A stretch of 64,000 nt of DNA from an uncultured Porphyromonadaceae bacterium (GTDB lineage Bacteria; Bacteroidota; Bacteroidia; Bacteroidales; Barnesiellaceae_A), in contig CALATP010000053.1 in the NCBI GenBank assembly GCA_937891845.1, positions 3,709-67,708 on the forward strand, in the 5' to 3' direction. The position numbers and the translations under genes are program-made. This document shows, in pieces, positions 53,744 through 63,622 of the stretch (position 1 is its first letter; the number at the start of each line of letters is the position of its first letter). The notes beneath the pieces are model-generated. The model saw only the letters and a list, made by a program, of their open reading frames with translations. It was not told the DNA's origin and searched no databases.

Positions 53744-53755
53744 TCACACACTTAT

Positions 53756-54238
53756 ATGAAAAAGATACCTAGCTTCACTATCGACCACCTCAACCTATTG
53801 CGTGGTATATACGTATCGCGCAAGGATTATATGGGCGAACACGTTGTTACTACTTTCGACATACGTATGAAAGAACCCAACCGCGAACCGGCATTAGGCT
53901 ACGGAGCATTGCACACAATAGAGCATTTGGCCGCCACTTTCTTGCGCAATCACCCTGTGTGGGGCGAAAAGATTGTTTTCTGGGGGCCTATGGGATGCTG
54001 CACCGGCAACTACTTCCTTATGCAAGGTGACTTGGAGAGTCGCGACATCGTAGAGCTGATGCGCGAAACATTCCGTTTCATTCGCGACTTTGACGGAGAA
54101 GTTCCCGGCCAAGCAGCCAAAGACTGTGGCAATTACCTACTGCACGACCTGCCAATGGCACGTTGGGAGGCCGACAAATATCTGCGCGAAGTACTCGATG
54201 TTATTGAGGATAAAAACCTCATCTACCCCACATTGTAA
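53756..54238 (+). CDS. luxS: S-ribosylhomocysteine lyase (AI-2 synthase)
   Basis: HTIEHLAATFLRNH (HxxEH) and PMGCCTGNY motifs; 160 aa. Confidence 0.95.
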   Translation: MKKIPSFTIDHLNLLRGIYVSRKDYMGEHVVTTFDIRMKEPNREPALGYGALHTIEHLAATFLRNHPVWGEKIVFWGPMGCCTGNYFLMQGDLESRDIVELMRETFRFIRDFDGEVPGQAAKDCGNYLLHDLPMARWEADKYLREVLDVIEDKNLIYPTL

Positions 54239-54267
54239 TATACAACGCACTTTATTGTAATAACTAT

Positions 54268-54309
54268 AAAAAGGAACTGCATCGAAATAAATCGATGCAG
54301 TTCCTTTTT
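54268..54309. terminator. bidirectional rho-independent terminator between luxS and the convergent OM barrel gene
   Basis: A5 - GGAACTGCATCGA (54273-54285) / TCGATGCAGTTCC (54292-54304) - T5. Confidence 0.8.
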
Positions 54310-54329
54310 ATATATGTTGCGTACAACTA

Positions 54330-54809
54330 TTAGAATTTATAGCTGATACCCAAATTGATATAGCTGCTATTGGTGTGACCTGCCTCTACGTTGAGGGCAA
54401 AATTATTGGTCAGATAATAACGGGCACCTATTGAAGATGTCCAGTCAAAAATACCATCTGCGTATTTATGAGCCATAGCTACGCCACCACCAAAACCTAC
54501 TACTACATAAGTATCTAGATTATCGACAAATTGATAGTGGAAAGAGCAGTTGGCTATGAGTGATAATACGTCACCACCCCTCCAGCCGATAGTATTATTC
54601 AACGATGCACCGATACCAAGAGATGCATTACCATCAATCCATCCATCGGCAACACCATAATCTACAGCTATACGTTGAGCAAAACCATCTCCAAAACCAA
54701 TAGTGAACGAACCTACCAAGTCGTTCTTTGCAAAAGCACTCTGTGCATTTGCACTACTTGCTACCAAGCTCAATACAGCAACAAGTGCCAGCGTCCATAA
54801 CTTTCTCAT
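54330..54809 (-). CDS. small outer-membrane beta-barrel protein (porin-family/OmpW-like size)
   Basis: Signal peptide MRKLWTLALVAVLSLVASSANAQ, alternating beta-strand pattern, C-terminal ..GISYKF. Confidence 0.7.
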   Translation of the reverse strand: MRKLWTLALVAVLSLVASSANAQSAFAKNDLVGSFTIGFGDGFAQRIAVDYGVADGWIDGNASLGIGASLNNTIGWRGGDVLSLIANCSFHYQFVDNLDTYVVVGFGGGVAMAHKYADGIFDWTSSIGARYYLTNNFALNVEAGHTNSSYINLGISYKF

Positions 54810-55068
54810 AATTCTTTGTGTTAATTTAATGTGTTATTAATACGTTCTTAATTGATGTCTAATTATTCATAGTTGCAAATATATAAAATTATTCAAATAA
54901 TACAACCATACTTTACAAATTATCATACCATAGAACAACAATACCCATTGATATAATCACAAAGCTATGAAACAGCTACAATAATGGCCGTACACTGCAC
55001 CATCGATATAGATACATACGAGATGTGCAGAATACAGCCTTATATTTTTTTGTAGAGTGAAGAGGTAG

Positions 55069-55572
55069 CTAGAACTTCCAGTTGACACCGGCTAGAATAT
55101 AACTACCAAAGGTATATCCGGCCTCAATATTCATTGCCAACGAACGACTGAAATACCACCTGACACCTAGATTGGTACTCCACGAAAAGAAACCACCATC
55201 ATTGCCATATAGTTCCTCATACCATTTATATCCACCTCCGGCACCTACGCTCACATAGGTGTCTAGACGATTGGCCATCTGATAGTGAAGACTGGCTGTT
55301 ACTTCCAATGATAGCCTATCCCAATGATTGGCTATACAATTTCCTACCGATGCTCCTATTCCCAACGAGCCTCGGTCGGCAAACCAATTGTCCAATACAC
55401 AATAATCGAAAGACAATTTCTGTGTAAAACCATCGCCATAACCCAATAAAAGGCCCAATGTCTGGTCGCCACGGCCAAAGGCTCGTTCGGTAAACGATGG
55501 CAATGCCGCAAACGAACTTATAGACACTACACTCATCACAGTAAGTACTATACTCTTAATCGACTTTTTCAT
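55069..55572 (-). CDS. small outer-membrane beta-barrel protein, paralog of 54330-54809
   Basis: Start MKKSIKSIVLTVMSVVSISSFA (CAT at 55570-55572). Shared blocks G(F/Y)GDGF(A/T)Q, SLGIGAS, LDTYV(V/S)VG.GGG, C-terminal ..GVNWKF. Confidence 0.7.
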   Translation of the reverse strand: MKKSIKSIVLTVMSVVSISSFAALPSFTERAFGRGDQTLGLLLGYGDGFTQKLSFDYCVLDNWFADRGSLGIGASVGNCIANHWDRLSLEVTASLHYQMANRLDTYVSVGAGGGYKWYEELYGNDGGFFSWSTNLGVRWYFSRSLAMNIEAGYTFGSYILAGVNWKF

Positions 55573-55710
55573 AACACATCTACTTTTATTGTTAATACTT
55601 ATTCTCAACACACAAGGTGCAGCAACCTTGCCCACCTTACATACTATAACAACAAATAAATGTTTAGAGTGTTTGTTGAGCCAAAATCATAAAGGCAGCT
55701 TTTACAAAAC

Positions 55711-55745
55711 AAAAAAAGACCTCACTGCCACTACGCAATGAGGTC
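55711..55745 (-). terminator. rho-independent terminator of the HIT gene
   Basis: GACCTCA (55718-55724) / TGAGGTC (55739-55745). T7 follows on the minus strand. Confidence 0.65.
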
Positions 55746-55765
55746 GTGTTATGTGTATGTATGGC

Positions 55766-56158
55766 TTACATATTGGCAGCTATACGAGCTGCTATATCGG
55801 CCATCTCCTCTGCAGGTAACGACAACTTCTCACGGAAGAAATTCATATCACCCTCAGTTGTGATAGGAATGAGGTGAATGTGAGTGTGAGGAACTTCCAA
55901 CCCCATCACAGCAACACCTACGCGTTTACAATCGATAGCACTTTCGAGGGCTCGAGCCACACGACGAGCAAAAGCCATAAGACCGGCATAGGTTTCATCA
56001 TCAAGGTCAAAGATATAATCAACCTCTTGCTTGGGTATTACAAGTGTATGTCCTTTGGCTACAGGACTGATGTCGAGGAAAGCAAAGAAACGATCATCCT
56101 CGGCTACTTTGTAACAGGGAATTTCGCCCGCTACAATTCTACTGAAAATTGTTGCCAT
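55766..56158 (-). CDS. HIT-family (histidine triad) protein
   Basis: HTHIHLIP histidine triad; 130 aa. Confidence 0.9.
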   Translation of the reverse strand: MATIFSRIVAGEIPCYKVAEDDRFFAFLDISPVAKGHTLVIPKQEVDYIFDLDDETYAGLMAFARRVARALESAIDCKRVGVAVMGLEVPHTHIHLIPITTEGDMNFFREKLSLPAEEMADIAARIAANM

Positions 56159-56182
56159 AAAACGTCTATACTTTATATGTTA

Positions 56183-57727
56183 TTATTGAATTGTTACACG
56201 ACCATCTGTGGTAGCACTCATACTCTTGCCTTGTGCTGTAAGATTGCGTACATACGATGCAAAAATATTGTAAACATCACCGGCATACTCGTGAATAACC
56301 TCACCACGAGTAAAAGCTACTAGCCCATCACCACCGTAAGCAAGAAAATTGAGAGTTGCAATGTTATAGTAACGATTATCATCAATAGGCTTACCGGCAA
56401 TAGTAACTTGCTCTACCGCACCTTCTACAATAGAAAGGCACACATCACGACTTACACCCTCACCTCCTCGATTGGCAATCTGCTCAAAAAGGTCGCGCAC
56501 ATCGCTGCCTTTGAGTCGTACTATAAACATATGATTGGCAAAGGGGAAAGCCTCAAAAATTTGCCCCAATGTAACCTCTCCCGGAGCAATATCGGCTCTA
56601 ATACCACCCATATTCAATACTGCAAAATCTATCTTATCACGACAACGCTTACGAGCCACCTCGACAAAGGCATCACACGCCCAGTTGGAGAAAGGACTCT
56701 CGGGACGAGCTCTGTACAACGTATCGGAAGCGACTCCCACTACGTCTCCCATAATACTGTCAACAGTATGTGTATATTGAGCCAATGCCGTAGCAAAATC
56801 GGCATCTACACGATTATCATATCGCTCATCTACGGGGAATAAACGATATTCCACAAGGTTGTTTCGCGATCTATCGGTAGCGAGAGTTATATCGACATAA
56901 CCCAGATAGGCACCACGATTACCGGTCTGTACCACCGGAACAGACAGACCATCGGCATCTGTAAAGTACGCCGGCTCAGTCAATAATGTGTGTGAATGAG
57001 CACCTATGACAAGGTCGATGCCGCGTGTATTTTGTACCAATACCGAATCGAGTACATCTTTATAATCTTCGGCACTTGCTGTAAATCCCAAATGCGACAA
57101 TACAACAACAACATCGGCACCCTCGGCACGAAGTGCTTTCGATAGGCTGTCGGTTACTGCTATAGGGTCGTTATACACCACTCCTTGCGCGTGAGACGGA
57201 AAGAACAATCCATCGGGATTGACATTTAGGCCTATAAAGCCCACCTTCACGCCATCAGTTTCAACCATATAAGAAGGGACTATCTGCTCTCTCAAAGCCG
57301 GTACTTTATGTTCATAATTGGAAGATACGGTCACACCGTCAAATGCAGCAAGTGTAGCAGCTAGAGCTTCACAACCATTATCAAACTCGTGATTGCCCAA
57401 TGTGCGTACATCATAGCCCAAACTATTCATTACAAAAGTTTCGACCTCTCCGGCAAATATCTTGAAATAGCCTGTACCTTGCACAGCATCCCCTGCATCG
57501 ACCAACAAAGCCGCCGGATGCTCACTGCGCAAACTATCGATAAGAACTTTGCGACGCTCTACACCTCCCATTGCCGGATAATACTTGTCATCTGCTTTGA
57601 TAGGCAGTATTTGGCTATGGGTATCATTGGTAAACATCAGCACTACGTGCTTTTCGCGTGACACGCACGATACTAAAAGTATCATTGAGATAGCCATCAA
57701 GACTATATGGGCTATAAACTTTTTCAT
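56183..57727 (-). CDS. bifunctional metallophosphatase/5'-nucleotidase lipoprotein (UshA-like)
   Basis: TNDTHS, DAGDAVQGT, GNHEFD motifs. Lipobox LLVSC. Start MKKFIAHIVL (CAT at 57725-57727). Confidence 0.85.
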   Translation of the reverse strand: MKKFIAHIVLMAISMILLVSCVSREKHVVLMFTNDTHSQILPIKADDKYYPAMGGVERRKVLIDSLRSEHPAALLVDAGDAVQGTGYFKIFAGEVETFVMNSLGYDVRTLGNHEFDNGCEALAATLAAFDGVTVSSNYEHKVPALREQIVPSYMVETDGVKVGFIGLNVNPDGLFFPSHAQGVVYNDPIAVTDSLSKALRAEGADVVVVLSHLGFTASAEDYKDVLDSVLVQNTRGIDLVIGAHSHTLLTEPAYFTDADGLSVPVVQTGNRGAYLGYVDITLATDRSRNNLVEYRLFPVDERYDNRVDADFATALAQYTHTVDSIMGDVVGVASDTLYRARPESPFSNWACDAFVEVARKRCRDKIDFAVLNMGGIRADIAPGEVTLGQIFEAFPFANHMFIVRLKGSDVRDLFEQIANRGGEGVSRDVCLSIVEGAVEQVTIAGKPIDDNRYYNIATLNFLAYGGDGLVAFTRGEVIHEYAGDVYNIFASYVRNLTAQGKSMSATTDGRVTIQ

Positions 57728-57946
57728 ATTACTACTACATTTATTTCCAAGAACAAAGATAAGCAAAAGCAAGCAAATAACTTATACACCGGTTTTATTT
57801 TCTTTGGGGATACTTCAATTATACCCCCCAAAAAACGACTTGATATTACCAAGATATTCATAATTAACATTCTTTGCCCTCCGGTAGCGAACCACTCAAT
57901 AGCAACAGTTGTTGTGCATATACTAACCTTTAATAAACAAACAATT

Positions 57947-58372
57947 ATGACAACTCCAGCAAAACGTACACAAAATTGGTTGCCGGGTATTTTCAATGAT
58001 TTCTTCGGTAATGAATGGATTGCAAAAACCAGTGCATCGGCTCCTGCACTCAACATTGTTGAGACAGAAAAAGAGTATATTGTGGAAATAGCAGCCCCCG
58101 GCGTTACCAAAGATGACTTTCGTGTCACGGTAGACAAGCACGACCAACTAATCGTTACTGTAGAAAGTCGCAACAACGACGAATATGGTAAAAAAGGTAA
58201 ATTCTTGCGACGAGAGTTTGCTTATTCTCAGTTCCAACAGACACTAATCCTTCCGGAAAATATCAACAAAGATGAAATACGAGCCTCGCAAAACAATGGA
58301 GTGCTCACGATAACAATTCCCAAAAATCACGCATCGGTCGAAGCTGAGCCCAAACGCATCGAAATAGAATAA
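57947..58372 (+). CDS. Hsp20/alpha-crystallin small heat-shock protein
   Basis: EYIVEIAAPGVTKDDFRVTV.. and NGVLTITIPK motifs. ATG at 57947; the longer ORF from 57707 overlaps the divergent gene. Confidence 0.9.
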   Translation: MTTPAKRTQNWLPGIFNDFFGNEWIAKTSASAPALNIVETEKEYIVEIAAPGVTKDDFRVTVDKHDQLIVTVESRNNDEYGKKGKFLRREFAYSQFQQTLILPENINKDEIRASQNNGVLTITIPKNHASVEAEPKRIEIE

Positions 58373-58403
58373 CACAGCTATCAGCATCCCATATATTATT
58401 AGT

Positions 58404-58447
58404 AAACAAGATATTGAGTGCAATCAACTCAATATCTTGTTTTGTTA
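58404..58447 (+). terminator. rho-independent terminator after hsp20
   Basis: 15-bp perfect stem AACAAGATATTGAGT (58405-58419) / ACTCAATATCTTGTT (58427-58441), followed by TTGTT. Confidence 0.8.
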
Positions 58448-58676
58448 TACACCTACTCTACATTTTTTCACAACGCAAAACATCCATAATCTTTCATCGA
58501 TAATTTTGGATAGCATCATTGCAATATTGCCAATAAAATGCGTATCTTTACAGCCTGAGAGAGAATTGAATTGATATTTTTGTGTAGCATATTACACAAA
58601 AACAAGATATTGATTTGAGTATCTACAAGTTAACCTAAATAACACAAATACCAAATAGCAAACCAACTCTGATACT

Positions 58677-59750
58677 ATGAAAAAATCTATCGCGGTGCTT
58701 ATGATGGCAATGTGTACCATATTTGTTATGGCACAAAACCAAGAGAACGACCAAGACGACAAGAATTACGTGGTAAATCTCAAAGCCGCAGTGCGTGTTG
58801 ACTTTATCCAAGACTATTGGGATAGCAACTTAAACAAGCCCACTTCGGGATTTAAAGGTAAATATCTAACCATCGCACTTGACGGATACATAAGCAAACA
58901 CTTCTACTATGCCTATCGTCAACGCCTCAATCGCGCTCCCAAAGATGAAAGTTTCTTTGATGCTACCGACTTTGCTTATATTTCATACCGCCCCAATAAG
59001 CATTGGGATTTTTCGATGGGTAAGCAAGTTGTAGGTATAGGAGGTTATGAATATGACCGCGCCCCTATCGACCTATATTTCTGTTCGGAATATTGGAACA
59101 ACATTGCCTGCTATCAATTGGGTGCAAGTATTGCCTACAATATTGGTGATGGAAGTGACCGCTTGATGGCTCAAGTATGCGAGAGCCCCTACACAGTCAA
59201 TCACAAAGATTTCTTATTTGCCTATAACCTTATGTGGTATGGCCATCACGATTGGTTCAACAGCATCTATTCTCTCAACGCAATAGAGTACGAAACAGGC
59301 AAGTATATCTACTATGCCACATTGGGTAATCAATTTACATTTGACAACTTCCGCATTCAACTCGACTATATGCATCGCTTTGCCGAGGGTCAAAAGAATT
59401 TCTTTGATGACATCTCGGTAATGGGCGAATTGTCATATATGATAAAGAACAAAGTAAACGTATTTGGCAAAGCATCGTATGATGTCAACCGTAGCAATGT
59501 AGGAGGCGACTTCAGCGTAATGCCCGGAACCGACCTCACTCGTGTAGGAGCCGGTGTAGAGTATTATCCGTTGAAAAACGGCCGTCAGGACTTGCGCGTA
59601 TTTGGCTATTATAGCTACTCTTGGGGTATCAACGGCAATCCGGCCGGAGCCATACAAAACAAGCAACACCTCTTTGGCGTAGGTGTCAAATGGCAAATCG
59701 ATATTATTTCATTAACACGCAAAACATTCAAGGGCAATGAAGGTGCATAA
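58677..59750 (+). CDS. outer-membrane porin-like beta-barrel protein
   Basis: Signal peptide MKKSIAVLMMAMCTIFVMAQ, 357 aa, alternating aromatic beta-strand pattern, ..FGVGVKWQ near the C-terminus. The family is not firmly recognised. Confidence 0.5.
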   Translation: MKKSIAVLMMAMCTIFVMAQNQENDQDDKNYVVNLKAAVRVDFIQDYWDSNLNKPTSGFKGKYLTIALDGYISKHFYYAYRQRLNRAPKDESFFDATDFAYISYRPNKHWDFSMGKQVVGIGGYEYDRAPIDLYFCSEYWNNIACYQLGASIAYNIGDGSDRLMAQVCESPYTVNHKDFLFAYNLMWYGHHDWFNSIYSLNAIEYETGKYIYYATLGNQFTFDNFRIQLDYMHRFAEGQKNFFDDISVMGELSYMIKNKVNVFGKASYDVNRSNVGGDFSVMPGTDLTRVGAGVEYYPLKNGRQDLRVFGYYSYSWGINGNPAGAIQNKQHLFGVGVKWQIDIISLTRKTFKGNEGA

Positions 59751-60897
59751 ATCAAACTTTTCTAAGTACATCCCAACCGGTGTACCTTGTCTACTCATCG
59801 TTGTAGGCTTATTCTCTATTATTGGTGTGCGTATGGGTGTATCACCTATGTTCAAGACTATAATGAACACCGCACACGACTTGTTGCTCAACACCGTATT
59901 CTTCCTTATGGCCGTATGTGTTATAACAGGTGCCATCGGTCGCATTTTTATGGATTTTGGCGTAGTAAAACTATTGGAAAAGCTCTTACGACCGTTGATG
60001 AAACCCCTATTCAACCTTCCCGGAGTTGCATCACTGGGAGCTGTAATGACTTTCTTGTCGGACAATCCTGCCATTATCTCATTATCACAAGACAAACGCT
60101 TCTGCAGCTATTTCAAGAAATATCAATATATCTCACTTACCAACTTCGGTACAGCCTTTGGTATGGGATTGTTGGTTATCGTATATATGATAGGGCTAGG
60201 TTACTTTGCCGAGCCTTTTATCGGTCTTTTAGGTGCATTCTGCGGATGCATTGTATCTACACGTTTGATGCAACACTTTATTCTCAAAGAGTATCCCAAT
60301 TATGCCAATGAAGACGTGGTTGAGGAGATTGTAAAACGTAACACCGCCACTCAAGTCAAAGAGGAATCTATGTTTACCCGCATACTTAATGCACTACTTG
60401 ATGGAGGTCGTACCGGTGTCGACGTGGGCTTGGCTATTATTCCCGGTGTACTCATTATCTCTACTTTTGTGATGATGCTTACATTTGGTCCCGGTGCAAA
60501 CGGAGAATACACAGGTGCTGCCTATCAAGGTATCGAATTGCTACCTTGGTTGGCCGGAAAAATCAACTTTATCTTCGATTGGTTGTTTGGTTTTAAAGAC
60601 CCACATTTGGTAGCCTTCCCTATCACAGCCCTAGGAGCAGTAGGTGCGGCATTAAGTCTTATTCCCGAATTTATCAATGGCGGATATATCGATGGTAATG
60701 CCATAGCCGTATTCACAGCAATAGGTATGTGTTGGAGTGGATATTTGAGCACTCACACAGCAATGCTCGATTCTCTCGGCTACCGCCAACTCACATCTAA
60801 AGCCATCCTATCGCACACCATAGGTGGTCTTGTAGCGGCAATTGTAGCACACTGGGTATACGTATTATTTACACTCATTGTAGGTCTTATAGCCTGA
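59737..60897 (+). CDS. polytopic inner-membrane protein with nucleoside-recognition (Gate)-domain-like features (YjiH/SpmA-like)
   Basis: 386 aa, about 10 TMs. ..LLRPLMKPLFNLPGVASLGAVMTFLSDNPA.. resembles Gate-domain transporters. The start overlaps the porin gene by 14 nt. Confidence 0.5.
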   Translation: MKVHKSNFSKYIPTGVPCLLIVVGLFSIIGVRMGVSPMFKTIMNTAHDLLLNTVFFLMAVCVITGAIGRIFMDFGVVKLLEKLLRPLMKPLFNLPGVASLGAVMTFLSDNPAIISLSQDKRFCSYFKKYQYISLTNFGTAFGMGLLVIVYMIGLGYFAEPFIGLLGAFCGCIVSTRLMQHFILKEYPNYANEDVVEEIVKRNTATQVKEESMFTRILNALLDGGRTGVDVGLAIIPGVLIISTFVMMLTFGPGANGEYTGAAYQGIELLPWLAGKINFIFDWLFGFKDPHLVAFPITALGAVGAALSLIPEFINGGYIDGNAIAVFTAIGMCWSGYLSTHTAMLDSLGYRQLTSKAILSHTIGGLVAAIVAHWVYVLFTLIVGLIA

Positions 60898-60928
60898 TAA
60901 TTAGAGAATATCGCCGCATTACGATACT

Positions 60929-62392
60929 ATGCGCAAGATTTTCAGTATCATATTACTACTCACAGCCCTCATCCCTACACCGGCACAAACCAAGTATGAG
61001 ATGCGGGCTGTGTGGCTTACTACCAATTGGGGGCTTGACTGGCCATCACAACCCGCACGCACCCATCAAGAGACTATCAACCAGCAGGCCGAGCTATGCA
61101 ATATGCTCGACAGCATTGCATCAATGGGTTTCAACACTGTTTTTTTTCAGGCTCGTATCAGAGGAGAGGTATTCTATAACTCCGAGTTAGAGCCTTGGAG
61201 CCCATTGGCAAGCGGTACCGCAGGTAAGGCTCCCAATTATGACCCACTCTCCTACGCTATCGAACAATGCCACAAGCGCGGATTGGAATGCCACGCGTGG
61301 CTTATCACCATCCCCACAGGAAGTAACAAGGTAGCCCAACGACACGGCACGTCGGCCGTATCGGCACAACAGAAACACTTGTGCGTTGCGCTCAAAGGAG
61401 AATACTATTTCAATCCCGGTCTTCCGGGCACAGCTGCCTACCTAGCCCAACTGACAGGAGAGATAGCCCGGCACTACGATGTCGACGGCATACATCTCGA
61501 TTATATACGCTACCCCGATGAGGCGGGAAAGTTTCCCGACGCCGACACCTACAAGCGTTACGCCCCCATAGGTATGACATTGAAAGATTGGCGTATGAAC
61601 AACATCACACATATAGTGCGTACCATATCTACCACCGTAAAGGCTATAGACCCCACAATAATGGTAAGTGCTGCCACTCTGGGTCGATATACATCGATAG
61701 AAGGACGTGAACCTATTACGTGGGCTTGCACCGAAGGCGCGTCACAAGATGCTATTATGTGGTTGGATTCGGCTTATTGCGACTTCATCACACCAATGTT
61801 ATATTATAAAGGGGAGAGTTATGCCCCTTACCTCATCGACTGGTGTGAACGAACCGAAGAGAGCAACGGTATCGTTGCCGGACTGGGTATCTATCGGATG
61901 GATAAAAAAGAGGGGAACTGGTCACTTGGCGACATATCGACACAAATAGCAGAGTCCCGATTATACGGAGCGAGTGGACAGGGTTGCTTTCGCGCCCGCC
62001 ACCTTTGGCAATTTCCCGAACTTGCAATTTTGCTACGCAATTATTTCTACACCACACCCGCATTGGTTCCGCCTATGCGCAATATCGATGCACCCTCACT
62101 AGCCCCAATCGAACAATTGTATGTACACAAAGATAACGAGTCGACAATACTATCGTGGCAACCGGTCGATGGAGCCAAACGTTATGTTGTGTATGCTTCG
62201 CAAAATGACAGTGTGAATATCAACGATACTTCACACATTTTGAGTACTTGTCCGGTAGACGAAAGTAACAGCGACAAATCACAGGTCACATTTGTCATAC
62301 CCTCGGCTACACCCAATTACCATTCATTTGCTGTCACAGCTATTGATGCCTATCGTAGAGAAAACACTCCGGTATATTACAATGCTCCTTAA
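60929..62392 (+). CDS. glycoside hydrolase-like family 10 (GHL10/DUF187, YddW-like) secreted protein
   Basis: Signal peptide, then MRAVWLTTNWGLDWPS.. and ..GIHLDYIRYP.. typical of GHL10. Confidence 0.75.
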   Translation: MRKIFSIILLLTALIPTPAQTKYEMRAVWLTTNWGLDWPSQPARTHQETINQQAELCNMLDSIASMGFNTVFFQARIRGEVFYNSELEPWSPLASGTAGKAPNYDPLSYAIEQCHKRGLECHAWLITIPTGSNKVAQRHGTSAVSAQQKHLCVALKGEYYFNPGLPGTAAYLAQLTGEIARHYDVDGIHLDYIRYPDEAGKFPDADTYKRYAPIGMTLKDWRMNNITHIVRTISTTVKAIDPTIMVSAATLGRYTSIEGREPITWACTEGASQDAIMWLDSAYCDFITPMLYYKGESYAPYLIDWCERTEESNGIVAGLGIYRMDKKEGNWSLGDISTQIAESRLYGASGQGCFRARHLWQFPELAILLRNYFYTTPALVPPMRNIDAPSLAPIEQLYVHKDNESTILSWQPVDGAKRYVVYASQNDSVNINDTSHILSTCPVDESNSDKSQVTFVIPSATPNYHSFAVTAIDAYRRENTPVYYNAP

Positions 62393-62530
62393 CAGCAATG
62401 CTATTGGATATTATATAATTTTCACTAAAAAGGGAAATAAGAAATCAAAGCGATATTGACAATATTTCATATCTTTGCGAACAATCGAGGTACAAACTTC
62501 AATATATCAACCGTGAAATAGTATATAATA

Positions 62531-63523
62531 ATGTACATACTTAAGTTTCAAGATATATACAAGACACCTATTTGGGGCGGAAACAAGATAGGGACATTCA
62601 AAGGCAAGCAGCTCAACCTTGAGTCGGTAGGCGAGAGTTGGGAAATATCGGCAGTTGAAGGAGACTTGTCGGTCGTTGCCAACGGAGAAGATGCAGGTAT
62701 GACTATTGCAGACCTTGTGGCTCGTGATGGCGAGAAATTGATGGGACATCACGTTGCGAGATACTTCGGAACGACATTCCCTTTATTGGTGAAATTTATA
62801 GATGCTCACGACAACCTATCAATACAGGTTCATCCCAATGACGAATTGGCACGCATCAAACACAACTCATTCGGCAAGACCGAGATGTGGTATGTTATAG
62901 ATGCAGAGCCGGGAGCCGGACTATACTCGGGCTTTTCACAAAATATCACCCCCGAAGAATATGTAGAACGTGTGGCCAACAACACGATAATGGATGTTCT
63001 GCAATTTCACCAAGTAAGTCCGGGAGACGTCTTTTACCTTCCTTCAGGACGCATTCACGCCATAGGCAGTGGTGTATTTATTGCCGAGATACAGCAAACA
63101 TCCAATATAACCTATCGCATCTACGATTACAATAGAGTAGATAAAAATGGCAAACCACGCGACCTCCACACCGAGCAAGCCCGCGAAGCGATAGATTTTG
63201 CTATGTACGATGACCTTAAAAGCAACTACACTCCACAACGCAACAAAGCCGTAAATCTGGTAGATTGTCCGTATTTTACTACAGCACTATTGCAACTCGA
63301 TACCGATTGTCAACGAGAAATTGCCAAGTACGACTCATTTATGGTATATATGTGTATGCAAGGAAGTGCCACTATCACAGCCAACAACGGTACATACGTA
63401 ACATTAAAACAAGGAGAAACCTGCTTAGTACCCGCTGCAATCGAGCAAGTAGAGATACACCCCACTCCAACAACATCGCTACTAGAATGTTACGTACGCG
63501 ACGACAGCAAGATTGAGCAATAA
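62531..63523 (+). CDS. manA: type I mannose-6-phosphate isomerase
   Basis: SIQVHPND, KTEMWYV, AIGSGVFIAEIQQTSNITYRIYDY motifs. Confidence 0.9.
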   Translation: MYILKFQDIYKTPIWGGNKIGTFKGKQLNLESVGESWEISAVEGDLSVVANGEDAGMTIADLVARDGEKLMGHHVARYFGTTFPLLVKFIDAHDNLSIQVHPNDELARIKHNSFGKTEMWYVIDAEPGAGLYSGFSQNITPEEYVERVANNTIMDVLQFHQVSPGDVFYLPSGRIHAIGSGVFIAEIQQTSNITYRIYDYNRVDKNGKPRDLHTEQAREAIDFAMYDDLKSNYTPQRNKAVNLVDCPYFTTALLQLDTDCQREIAKYDSFMVYMCMQGSATITANNGTYVTLKQGETCLVPAAIEQVEIHPTPTTSLLECYVRDDSKIEQ

Positions 63524-63622
63524 CAAGGGGCAACGAATAAGCCTTCGGGTAGCTCTATAATAAAAACATTCTTTCACAAGCAATCTATCAACCGATATAC
63601 ACCGCACCAATAAAACTGCACT

